Below, piece by piece: positions 1-11,844 of a DNA stretch of 64,000 nucleotides. Made by a program: the position numbers and the translations under genes. Origin of the DNA: Antedon mediterranea (Eukaryota > Animalia > Echinodermata); the NCBI RefSeq assembly GCF_964355755.1, contig NC_092676.1:6859888-6923887 (forward strand). Reading direction: 5' to 3'. How positions within the stretch are numbered: the first letter of the stretch is position 1; every line of letters begins with the position of its first letter. The notes beneath the pieces are model-generated. The model did not search any database. It saw nothing but the letters and a program-made list of their open reading frames with translations, and was not told the DNA's origin.

Positions 1-1996
1 GTACTTTACACATTGGCCAATCAATGTCACTTTGACCCCGTCCCCAACAAAAATCATTCCGTGCACCTAAATCATGTTCAAGACTTACCTTTGAATATAC
101 AAGCAAATATGACAAGCAAAATTTTAAAGCAATGTAATATTTCTAAATGATAAGATTTCTTTTATTTTATTTTACTTTGTCGACGAATTACGGAACTAGA
201 GCGTGAAAATTAAGCATAAATAATACTAATACATATTTCGTTTATGACAAAGTTAATCGCTTAAGATTATTTTATTGAAATTAATATAAATAAAATAGTT
301 AAAACGACATATTTGAACTCATGAAACAGTTACATTTCACTGATCAATCACATACGTCCGTTCTCCCTTTTAGTCTAAGTTTTACTACTAGAACTAGTGA
401 GCCCTGTTAGAAAATAAAAGGAAGAAAAATTATAATAATAGAAAACCCGACTGCTTCTGGTATACTAACCTTCTCACGCAAGGTACCTTATAATAGGTCT
501 GTAAATCCTGTGATGTGCTGTAATACAATTGATCTAGAACTTGCATGCTTACTTTTCAATATGAACAACAATGGAATGAAACGCTTGAGGTACAAATCAA
601 ATACCAGGCTTACTGTTATAGGTCCATGGTTATAGTAAAATCAACGATCACTGATTCACAACATTGAACGACTATTATTCAGATACAGACATACTTTTAT
701 TATGAAACAGAATAAAAGTAACATATCTTACTAAAATTGCGATAATCATCAGTATTAAACATTTTCTTTTTTTTAAGCAGACCAGCATTAGCAGACATCA
801 CCTTTACCTTTACGAAAAACGAATATGCGTCATCAAGTAAAATATCTTTGTTTAATGTTATCTCTTCGGAATTGCAACTTTGTCAATATATTATGCGAAA
901 GATGAGGACAAGTTTAGTTTTTTATAATAATTATAGCGCGTGTACAAATATTTATCGTAAGAAACTTATGGTAACATTGCTATTGCTATCAAATCTGACG
1001 TTTAAAATACTACAAATTCAACAAATGCGTAGAGAATAAATATATAATTGTATAGGCCTGTATATAAAATGTATACACTTATACACCAGTAGCTCACTTT
1101 AAAGAACTCATGCGACATATTAAAATATGCTCAGACCATTTCTTACTTCGTATAAGCCACTAACGCGTTTAGTGTGAGGACGAATATTACAATCAAACAA
1201 TGATGATAATAATAATTAGCTTGTAGGGTTTATTAGGTATTATTCTGTCGAAATTATTAAAGCAGTGCTTTCTCTAATAAAATGAATATTCACCAATATA
1301 ACGTTGATGATGTGTTAGGATGCGGTTGACAAAACAAATGACGTAGTATAGGGTCGTGTGCAAATTGTTTAGTACCGTATGTCAATTGATGCATGCAGCC
1401 TTTTTTTAGGGCTAGGATCTTCATGGACAAACTGTGTAACTAAACATTTTGAATATTGAGTCTGATCTTGAGTCTCACTTTTTTTTCCACATAAAGTAGT
1501 TACTTAACTTACTGTTACACATTACATAAATCATTTGTTAATGAATATAGTTTTTCTTTTTTTTCGTTTCACCTTAAAGCAATACGTGCAATTAATTTTT
1601 ATTTTAGTAAATAGTTTTACGTTAGTATGTACTTCCTCGAACCCTTAAAATACCAGAATGGTGTCCGGCGGGGTTTAGTTTTTTACCAACCCCGAAACCG
1701 GGATGGACCGGTGTTTCACCATGTAGTTTAAGTTCTATTTATTTGTTGTTATCCGAAATCGTTCAATTCATTTCAATTTAAATGTTTGTTATATATTTAC
1801 AAATGACAATAAATTTACTTACTTAATAATGTATGGTACAAAAAATTATAAATTAAATCAGTTAATTTAATTTAAAATATTATAGATTGATTTTATCTAA
1901 TTTCATTAAAAAAAGAATTACATTTCAGGATGTTAGAAGCCACTAATTTATCAGACAAATTTCAAAAAACAGTTTAGCAGAATCTCGGCCACTAAC

Positions 1997-2210
1997 CTCT
2001 CTCCGATGATGTAGAATAACACAAAGTATAGTTTCTCTGTAACGTTAGCTTGCTACCAGGGAAGAGTGAGCGAATGAGTGAGTCTCACTCTTCCCTGTTT
2101 TGGTGGTTGCGTAGCGTATGCACGATATAATCCGTAGTTGACATCAACGGTTTTCAGATCTCAAATGATTCTGAACCCTGATACTAAATACAAATACCCG
2201 TTATGGCATT
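1997..2210 (-). other. Putative non-coding first exon of a third NLR paralog lying left of the window
   Basis: Homologous to 36803-37015 and 61722-61925, which sit upstream of the two DED exons; all three end in AG|GTTAGT on the minus strand. 5' boundary approximate. Confidence 0.5.
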
Positions 2211-2368
2211 GTAATAATCACAATAATAGATTCAACCAATGAAATATAAGCAAACAAACAACAATAACAAGATTTTAAAAGACCTGGATATATTTAACAG
2301 ATATAATACAAAGAACGTCCAACAATAACACACAAAATATTGTTAACAAAAGGAATGTTAACAGATTT

Positions 2369-5300
2369 GGCAGGGCATATCGTTTCCTTTTATAGACACG
2401 TACCAGAATATTCAAGGGTTAACAAACTTTATCATAACTGAATAGTAGGGTTCTCTTCGCTGATTGTATGAAAAATGATAAATGATAAAAATTAGGCTGA
2501 AAGAAAAATATGTTTAAATAAATTAGTTAGTGTCACGTATATGACCTACAGTAAGACCTAAGACTAATACACGATTATGGCAGGGCATATCGTTTCCTTT
2601 TATAGACACGTACCAGAATATTCCAGGGTTAACAAACTTTATCATAACTGAATAGTAGGGTTCTCTTCGCTGATTGTATGAAAAATGATAAATGATAAAA
2701 ATGAGGCAGAAGGAAAAATATGTTTAAATAAATTAGTTAGTGTCACGTATATGACCTACAGTAAGACCTAAGACTAATACACGATTATGGCAGGGCATAT
2801 CGTTTCCTTTTATAGACACGTACCAGAATATTCCAGGGTTAACAAACTTTATCATAACTGAATAGTAGGGTTCTTGTTGAACCCACAAATGTGAAAACGC
2901 CCACAAATGTGAAAACAACCACAAATGTGAAAACGCATCACCCACAAATGTGAAAACAACCACAAATATGAAAACGCATCACCCACAAATGTGAAAACAA
3001 CCACAAATGTGAAAACGCATCAACCACAAATGTAATAAACAGCGCCCACAAATGTGAAAACGATCATCGCCCACAAATGTGATAACGCCCACAAATGTAA
3101 AAAAAAATGAGAATTTTTCGGCCACAAATGTAAAAAAAAAAATCAGATCAAATTTAATGCTAGACTCAAACAATTTTGATCGAGGTACTACATTATATCA
3201 TGATTGTATTGAGTTGTTTCAATAATTGTTTGTTCACGATACGTCTGTTAGGGTCGTGGTTAACGCGTTGGATCATTATAATTTGCTGCTCATGCGCGCG
3301 ATATTTGCACGTTAACTCGTTTGTTTAATGAACGTAATAGTTCAAGACGATATTTGTTATTTGCTGCGCGCGTACACGATACTTCAAGGTCAAGGCCATG
3401 TTATATCATTGTTGCTTCTACTGTATGTGTGGTTGTTGGCTTACTATTATGTACGTATAGTTATAAGTCGATGTTCGATGTTTTTTTGCGCGTGCACACG
3501 ATACTAAAAGGTCAAGGTTAAATTGCTACTTGTATGTAGTGTGTGGTTATTAACTCGTTGGCTTACTGTTATGACTTCTAATGCTCATACAATTAGTGTT
3601 TCTTATAGGCATCTCCAATCAAGTGTAAGCCTACTATTAGTAGATAACATTATTTAATCGCATTGCAAATTTTGTTAGGTAATTCATGAAGCCAGTTTGT
3701 TCCTCATTAACAATACCGTTATACCTTGTACGTTGACTTATTTACTTATAATTATATTATACATAATTCTATTTCTTTAAATTGTCGAATATACGTTTGA
3801 TAAGTAAATCAGTTAAATTTTAATGCATTCAATAGGTAATATTATTCTCCGTATATCTTTATAATTATCCGCTAAAAATAGATATACAAATTAAACAATA
3901 AGCATCAGATTAAACCACGAATGTAAATTAATAGTAGTATAGTAGGAAGTTTTGTCCATTAGTATAATTGTTATAGATTTCATAGTATGTTTTCGTGACA
4001 AGTTTGATACTATCGTATCGTGTATTATATTTGTTTGGATATTGGTGTTACGGTATTATTCTATGTTACAATTTGTTTATCGCTCTAAAATAAAGAAATA
4101 TTCTTTTATTAGTTGTTCTTGCTCTAGCTCTTGTATTATTATCTTGTGGTTATAGTTTTGTAAAAAAATTGAACATTAGGAACTACTGCAATAATTGAAC
4201 GACGAGTATAGCATTGATCTTGTAGTATCGTGTACACCGAGCATCGACTTGGAGCTATAATACGTACATAATACTAATATAGTAAGCCCAACTGCACTTC
4301 AAGCAGCAATGATATATGACCTTGTAGTATCGTGCACGCGCACAAAAAAACATAGAATCGACCATCGACTTGGAACTATACGTACATAACAATAAGCCAA
4401 CGAGTTAACAACCACAAGTAGCAATAGTATATATGGCCTTGACCTTGTGGTATCGTGTACGCGCCCAAAAACATCGAATCGAGCATCGACTTGGAACTAT
4501 ACGTACATAACAGTATGCCAACGAGTTAATAACCACACACTACATACAAGTAGCAATTTAACCTTGACCTTGTTGTATCGTGTGCGCGCAAAAAAAAAAT
4601 ATCGAACATCGACTTATAACTATACGTACATAATAGTAAGCCAACAACCACACAGTAGAAGCAACAATGATATAACATGGCATTGACCTTGAAGTATCGT
4701 GCACGCGCGCAGCAAATAACAAATATCGTCTTGAACTATTACGTTCATTAAACAAACGAGTTAACGTGCAAATATCGCGCGCACGAGCAGCAAATGATAA
4801 TAATCCAACGTGTTAACGACGACCCTAACAGACGTATCGTGAACAAACAACTCAATACAATCATGATAATAATGTTTGTCTGAATCTAGCATTAAATTTG
4901 ATCTGATTTTTTTACATTTGTGGGCGAAAAAGTCTCTCTTGTTTTTACATTTGTGGGCGTTATCACATTTGCGGGCGATGATCGTTTTCACATTTGTGGC
5001 CGCTGTTTTCACATTTGTGGTTGATGCGTTTTCACATTTGTGGTTGTTTTCACATTTGTGGGTGATGCGTTTTCACATTTGTGGTTGTTTTCACATTTGT
5101 GGGTGATGCGTTTTCACATTTGTGGTTGTTTTCACATTTGTGGGCGTTTTCACATTTGTGGGTTCAACAGTTCTCTTCCTTCGCTGATTGTATGAAAAAT
5201 GATAAATGATAAAAATTAGGCTGAAGGAAAAATATGTTTAAATAAATTAGTTAGTGTCACGTATATGACCTACAGTAAGACCTAAGACTAATACACGATT

Positions 5301-5511
5301 ATGGCAGGGCATATCGTTTCCTTTTATAGACACGTACCAGAATATTCCAGGGTTAACAAACTTTATCATAACTGAATAGTAGGGTTCTCTTCGCTGAGTG
5401 TATGAAAAATGATAAATGATAAAAATTAGGCTGAAGGAAAAATATGTTTAAATAAATTAGTTAGTGTCACGTATATGACCTACAGTAAGACCTAAGACTA
5501 ATACACGATTA
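2369..5511. repeat. 210-bp tandem repeat, 4 units, third unit split by a foldback element
   Basis: ggcagggcatatcgtttcc starts at 2369, 2579, 2789 and ~5303. Confidence 0.95.
2875..5169. mobile_element. Non-autonomous foldback-type DNA transposon with ~700-bp modular TIRs
   Basis: TGTTGAACCC...GGGTTCAACA ends; 5-bp TSD GTTCT (2870-2874, 5170-5174); outer TIR domain of ccacaaatgtgaaaac tandem repeats; arms ~2875-3573 and ~4506-5169; neighbouring repeat units and copy B are empty sites. Confidence 0.93.
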
Positions 5512-5837
5512 TTCTACTCTCATCAAACATGAAATACACCAATAGCAAGGTGTTTACAAGTGCCACAGTGTGGTACTTAATTTCTCTTTAAATCGATTCC
5601 GAACGGATTCAAACTTTCTGAACAAAGACAAAAGTATGAAATATATACATAAAAAAACGAAAATAAAAAGTCGAAGATTCCAACATTTTGTTTATAAAGA
5701 CTCCAATCCTAAGAAAATTCCGTTTGAGAGAATCAATTGAGCTGTTGAATTACTACAAAAGCCAATCTTTGTGTTTATGGGCTTGTTATAGTTTTTCCTA
5801 AACTATGCTTCTAATGAAGCTCTGATTTTGCAGTATC

Positions 5838-6455
5838 AGTTCCATTTCACTGATCAATTGCATACGCTAGATCTCTCATATTTATCTAAGTGTTACTACT
5901 ATAGGATATTGAAATTAGAGAAGCCTGCTAGAATACGGATGATTTTAAAGGAAATATTGACTTCTGACATGTTATTTGTATAATTGTATCATGTAAATCG
6001 TGCATATCAAACTTCTCACGCAAGGTACCTTAGATAATAGGCCTGTAAATCCTGTGGTGCTGTAATACAATTGGTCTTGAACTTGCTCGCTTACTTTGCA
6101 ATATTAACAACAATAGCAGGAATGAAACGCTTGAGGTACAAATCAAATACCAGGGTCACTGTCAATAGTCCATGGTTATAGTAATAATCACAGATTCACA
6201 ATATTGAACGAATATCATTCAGATACAGACATTAATTTTTCTAATCAGAGTATTAGAGCAGAATAAAAGTAACATATCTTATTTACTAAAATTGCGATAT
6301 ATCATCATTATTATTCCTTAGACAAGTTTCATTTTTTAAAGCAGACCAGCAGTAACAGAATCACTTTTACGAATATGCGTCAACTAGTAAAATATCTATC
6401 TTTATGTTATCTCTTTGGAATTCTAACTTTGTCAATACATGCAACAGATGAGGAC
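5838..6455. repeat. Diverged ~600-bp copy of 329-911 (further copies ~35125-35680, ~37930-38550, ~58480-59160)
   Basis: Shared blocks such as catttcactgatcaat, cttctcacgcaaggtacctta, tgaaacgcttgaggtacaaatcaaatacc. Confidence 0.8.
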
Positions 6456-6522
6456 AATTTTACATTTTAACATAAAACCATTTTTAAATAGAATTTTGTT
6501 TAAACACATTATGGTCCTTGAT

Positions 6523-7495
6523 AATTCAATTCAATTCAATTCAAATCAACATTTATTTCTTCCACATAAAATAAGAACAAACATCCTTTTTTTTTTATTA
6601 AATGTTTAATCTTACTTTTTATTTATACTTGCTTGATTGATGAAAATAAATATGTAAATATCTTTTTTTTATTATTATTTTATTTTCTATATTTCATAAA
6701 ACAGTATACATTACTTAACTTGATTACAGTACATTACAAAGTAATACAAAATAATAATAAAGTAACATTTTCAAGTTACAAAACATATATATGGCTATTT
6801 TTATACATAAATATCAACACAGATTTCATTTTAACAAAAAAAAAAGAATGATGCAAAATAAAAGTCTAGCTATTTTTAAAAACAATGTACTTTTCAATTT
6901 CTTTATACCTCTCATATACCGATTTGAAGTGATTTATGTGAGGTTTTTGTTCGTTAACTTTGCAGTTATAAATATACAATTTTGCAATCAGTATTAAGTT
7001 ATTAATTGCATTGTTATTTCTATGATTTTCAATACCAAAACATATCCTTTCTTTATCTAAAGTCACTTTTCTTTTAAACTATTGTTCAATAATAACTTGT
7101 ATTTACCTCCACATGACATCAATTATTTTGCATTCCACGAACATGTGTATTAAAGTTTGTTCTTTTTCTAAACAAAATTCACAAATTGGTGATTCAACAA
7201 TTGATATATTATGTAGAAAAGAGTTAGTATAAATGATACGGTGAATAAATTTATATTGAAAGGTTTTAAGTTTTGTATTGATTGTGCATTTATGCAAAGT
7301 TGTGAATATCATATCCCATTGCAATTGTATAGTATCAAGTTCATTTTCCCATCTGGACTCGATTCTATCGGGCACTGTTGCATATTTTTTAACGAAATAA
7401 GAATACAAGTGTTTACAGCTTCTTTTTGTTTTCATCAATTTGTTTATTTTAGAATGTTCGATTATTAAATTTGATGGGTTTGTATCGGTGTTCTC
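6523..7495 (-). mobile_element. 5'-truncated L1/Tx1-like LINE 3' end (zf-RVT region) with (GAATT)n tail
   Basis: ORFs 7103-7438 and 6866-7066: KLKTFQYKFIHRIIYTN...CEFC...ETL-like QTLIHMFVEC; in-frame stop at 7103-7105; aattc repeats at 6523-6545. Confidence 0.85.
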
Positions 7496-8117
7496 AAATA
7501 TCCAATATAACTCATTTTAATGATTAAAACAAATTCAAACAAAAAAACCCTAAAGCCTATAGCAATGTGTTTTGTGTTTGTGGGCCTCCTTTTGTTATTG
7601 TTTCTCTCAACTATAATGAAATTTCACTTTTGCAAAGTATTAGTTCTATTTCACTGATCAATCAAAGATATGGTGTATTGTCTGGCTGGGCTCTGTATAT
7701 TCAATCGGTATGCTTTTTGAAATACAATTTATTCTTTCTGATTATGCTAGTATTGACTAAATAAACACTTTATATCACAGTTAGGCCGCAACTTATAACC
7801 GCTTAGAATTACTGTATATTGCAATTTTTACCAGGGATAGTAATATAAGCCTTTATACATTTCTTTTTTTTCCGTCAGTTGCAGCTCCGCCTTATCAATA
7901 TATATATATACTTATTGTTTTCACATTAAAACATGTTGGCATTGTAGTATTTTCTTAAAGTAATTCCAGGTGAGGAAAAGTCATTTTATACACATTTAAT
8001 ATTATAACCAATGTTTGTCCATTATTATTCAATGCGTCAATATGTTTTTAATAAATACAGAAATACTCCGCTAAAGCATTACATACATAACGTATGTTAA
8101 AATAATGTAACCTTTAG

Positions 8118-8286
8118 GATGTTAAATGCAAGTTTGATGCTAGCCTTGTAATTGTTATCACTGATACCGGTTACACAGATGTCCAGTCAGGCAGCGAAAC
8201 CGAACTAAAGAGTGCTGTAGCCACTGCTGGATCAATCTCAGTTGCAATGGGTACTAGCCACAAGTCATTTCAGCTCTACCATCAAG
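8118..8286 (+). pseudogene. Orphan cathepsin L-like (papain family C1A) exon
   Basis: tttag|GAT...CAAG|gtatt; translates DVKCKFDASLVIVITDTGYTDVQSGSETELKSAVATAGSISVAMGTSHKSFQLYHQG, matching the cathepsin L TDTG...LKxAVAxxGPxSVA...SFQxYxxG segment. No other cathepsin exons recognised. Confidence 0.8.
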
Positions 8287-8671
8287 GTATTATTTGTTTC
8301 TATCCCGATTTTCTTGTTCATGGTGAGGAAACCCAGTTCCAACAAGTCAAACGAATTATGTTTATATATTCATCCATATGTACGTGTCCTGTGGTTTTAA
8401 TAACACAACACAAGCCAGTTGACCAATCACGAGCTCACATTGCTTGTGATTGTTCAAATCAATTGCGTTAAGCTTACGTCATTGCCTTTCGTGTCTAGTG
8501 GAAACTAAGCATAATGCAGTCTCCAATAAAGTTTTGTTAAATGGCAGAAGAGTAGCAGTTTGTATCTTTATGTTTGTTCCTTAATTGCAATTATTTAAAT
8601 GTTTTATATATTATAACGTTATATGTATTTGTTTTAATTTTTGGATAAGTAAAGAACGAAGTTATAAATCC

Positions 8672-9128
8672 TATTTATTATCACTGTGCGCTACTGCTAC
8701 TAAAATGGGTATAATAGCGTACAGTGGTAAACTAATCATATTTATTATCACTGTGCGCTAGTGCTACCAACATGGTATAGTAGCGCACAGTGGTAAACTA
8801 ATCATATTTATTATCACTGTGCGCTAGTGCTACCAACATGGTATAGTAGCCCACAGTGGTAAACTAATCATATTTATTATCACTATGCGCAAGTTCTACC
8901 AAATGGGTATAGTAGCGCACAGTGGTAAACTAATCATATTTATTATCACTGTGCGCTAGTGCTACCAAAATTGATATAGTAGCGCACAGTGGTAAACTAA
9001 TCATATTTATTATCACTGTGCGCTAGTGCTACCAAAATGGGTATAGTAGCGCACAGTGGTAAACTAATCATATTTATTATCACTGTGTCATAGTGCTACC
9101 AAAATGGGTATAGTAGTGCACAGTGGTA
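8672..9128. repeat. ~66-bp palindromic (hairpin) tandem repeat, ~7 units
   Basis: Unit tttattatCACTGTGCGCTAgtgctaccaaaatgggtatagTAGCGCACAGTGgtaaactaatca; starts 8741, 8807, 8873. Confidence 0.95.
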
Positions 9129-9132
9129 GTTT

Positions 9133-9610
9133 GACGTCGTTCCGTTACTGTACCGTTATAGTATACGTTGTATTTACTTTTCAAAGCCTATTGTTGTCAC
9201 AGTATAGAAAACGTTCAGCTGACATGTATTATAATAAGCGTATTGTGTATACTATTACGCTACGTCTGTAGTTTTCCGTGATTAGACGTCGTTCCGTTAC
9301 AGTACCGTTACAGTATACGTTGTAGTTACTTTTCAAAGCTTATCGTCAAAGTATAGGAGACGTTCAGCATGTATAAGCGTATTGTGTATGCTATTACGAT
9401 ACGCATGTAGCTAGTTCACCCTGAATAGACGTCGTTCCGTTACTGTACCGTTACAGTATACGTTGTAGTTACTTTTCAAAGCTTATCGTCAAAGTATAGG
9501 AGACGTTTAGCATGTATAAGCGTATAGTGTATGCTATTACGATACGCCTGTAGCTAGTTCACCCTGATGATTAGACGCTTATCGTCAAAGTATAGAAAAC
9601 GTTCAGCTGA
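9133..9610. repeat. ~145-150-bp tandem repeat, ~3 units
   Basis: gacgtcgttccgttac at 9133, 9284, 9428; paralog at 41523-41900. Confidence 0.85.
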
Positions 9611-9683
9611 CAGCCATAAGCGTTTTGGAGTACTGAAAACGCTCTTTGAATATTATATCTAATATCATCATCCTCATCACTAA

Positions 9684-9886
9684 AGCCTGTTTTCCTGTCG
9701 ACGTTATTCGACGCTATCGTCCTTGGTCGTTAACAGTTCAACGACGATCGTTTGAAAACAATCAAGTTGAAATGATAACGATAGCGAGTACCCTTTCCTG
9801 TAAATCGTTTACATTTCAATGATTACGTAGGAGATCGCGATTATTGTTAACGATAGCGTCGAATAACGTCGACAGAAAAACATGCT
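9684..9886. mobile_element. PIF/Harbinger-type MITE
   Basis: ~40-bp TIR agcctgttttcctgtcgacgttattcgacgctatcg; TAA TSD at 9681-9683 and 9887-9889. Confidence 0.85.
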
Positions 9887-9890
9887 TAAA

Positions 9891-10052
9891 ATAATCATCA
9901 TCGTTGATCGTTCATCGTAGTCATCGTCATCATCATCATCATAATCGTCGTCATCATCATCAACGTCGTCTTCATCATCGTTGATCGTTCATCGTAGTCA
10001 TCGTTGTCATCATTATCATCATCATCGTCGTCATCATCATCATCATCATCAT
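9891..10052. repeat. (CAT/CGT)n microsatellite
   Basis: Direct inspection; shorter in copy B (~42185-42261). Confidence 0.9.
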
Positions 10053-11477
10053 GGTATTGTTGTATCTGTGTTACATACGTTTGGTTTCATTTGCTTTATC
10101 ATAAACCACGACATGATTCGTATACATTTAACAATTTAACAACATTGTGTGCAATCATTTCAATTTGTTTTTATTATCATTATTCAATCATAACTAATAA
10201 TAAAGTATATACGAACAAATATTCGTAAACATGAACAAACTACGCCCATTAACACGGCATACATGTAATGTAAACTTATTATTAGCTACTATACTGTACT
10301 GCTACTAACTACTACTACTATACTGTACTAAAGGTGTGTTGTGCCACTTCACGATAACTAAAATCTATTAATAAGTATAACATTGACCTATATAAAACCT
10401 TCTTAACAAGTACGTATTGAATTAATTTGTATACAAAGTTTTCTATACTGTGGATATTCGTTAAAAAAAAAACTAAACTATAACATATTTGCCTCTAACT
10501 ACATATTCCTGTATATTATACGATAACTTACATTCTTACTAAAGCTTATTCTTACTAACAGGCAAATTGTAACATATTATTACTCTGAGATCTGTGTGTG
10601 AACAAAAAAACATGAAAAATTAATGAAAACTTAGCGTAAATGTAGTAAAACGAGTACTGTAATATATAGTTTGCTAAAAAGAAATATTATTTCATGTAAA
10701 TACTCTATACAAGTATTACTATTCAGCATATAACACTAATATAACTATAATGTATACATTTTCTAATAATTATGCACATATGCATTATTATTGAATAAAG
10801 AAAAAATTATTGAAAAACGTATGCAGTTACATTATCAGTTATTATAATATAGTTTAATATAATATATAGTTATATAATGTTATAATTCACAATAATATTA
10901 TTGAACGTATTTAGGGCCTACACAACTACAATGTTTAGAACGATAGTAAACTACAATATCTACTGTACCGTCAATAATTAAATTGAGGGCGTAGTTTGTG
11001 TTATTAACTCGAACGCGTTCATTCAATTAACCCCATGAAGCATTTGCAAGTTGTATTTTTATTTAAAGTAATAATCATTTAAAATGATATTTCTGGTTCA
11101 TATTAACAAACAAAATGTATATAAAAAATAAATTAGAAATTGTTTTCTGGTTTTCTAAACGCTGTGCCTTAGTATTAGGCCTAATGCAAAATCATGTCAG
11201 TATTGAAAGCAACAAAACGTCTAGATATATTTAAATCTCCACTAAACTCCACAACTTCACGCCACGCATTTATGTCACTATTTTTTATATTATCAAAATC
11301 AGTATTACTGGGCAATAGTATCGTAATGTTGGGCAAGAAGTAAAATATGAGAGTGCATATTGTCAAAACGAAGTTGGCATGTTAAAATCATAATAGATTA
11401 TCTTTGTAACATCAAGTTTATTATTTTTACTTTAAGAATGTTTAGAAAGTGTGAAGAAGTAAAACAAAGATTAATCT

Positions 11478-11844
11478 AATGAATAATTAATGTGTGCATC
11501 ATGTAAAACGAGCTGGTTTAAAACTGCTTCATTGTATGATGCATTTCATTGAATAGGTCATTATGTAATATTGTCATGTCAATTTCATTGAAGTTGTTCA
11601 ACTTATTAAACAAATTCGGGTTTATAATATTTAGTACAAATGTCACATGGTAGTTTGAAATTAGGCATGTCGAGCTTAAGCAACTTTGGAAACTTGGTTA
11701 AGAAAGTACCCATTAAACTACCATCAATACTACTGATATAATCATTATAAATCGTCCAAGCGTAGATTATGTAGCTTAGGACACTTACTCATGAAAGTAC
11801 AAAGTAAAGCAACATCGATGTCACTAAAGTCATTTTTATGAATA
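11478..11844 (-). pseudogene. Frameshifted fossil LRR tail beyond the NLR-A stop codon
   Basis: Shifted frame reads LNIHKNDFSDIDVALLCTFMSKCPKLHNLRLDDL*, then YISSIDGSLMGTFLTKFPKLLKLDM in another frame; distal part resembles 43638-43770. Confidence 0.8.

Larger units (their letters stand above)
1..11517. repeat. Segmental duplication copy A (paralog of 34803-43678)
   Basis: Position 1 gtactttacacattggccaatcaatgtcac recurs at 34803; colinear high similarity apart from copy-specific insertions, to ~11517/43678. Confidence 0.95.

Noticed and set aside
2881-3135. Short regularly spaced repeats and small ORFs (2733-3173, 4761-5106)
   Set aside because: They are the tandem outer domain of the foldback TIRs; peptides are repeat translations.
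8672-9128. Palindromic repeats resembling a CRISPR array (also 40720-41518)
   Set aside because: Units are head-to-tail with no unique spacers, no cas genes, eukaryotic context.
10004-10228. Poly-Ser ORF (and poly-His ORF 42196-42396)
   Set aside because: Translations of the CAT microsatellite in different frames in the two copies.
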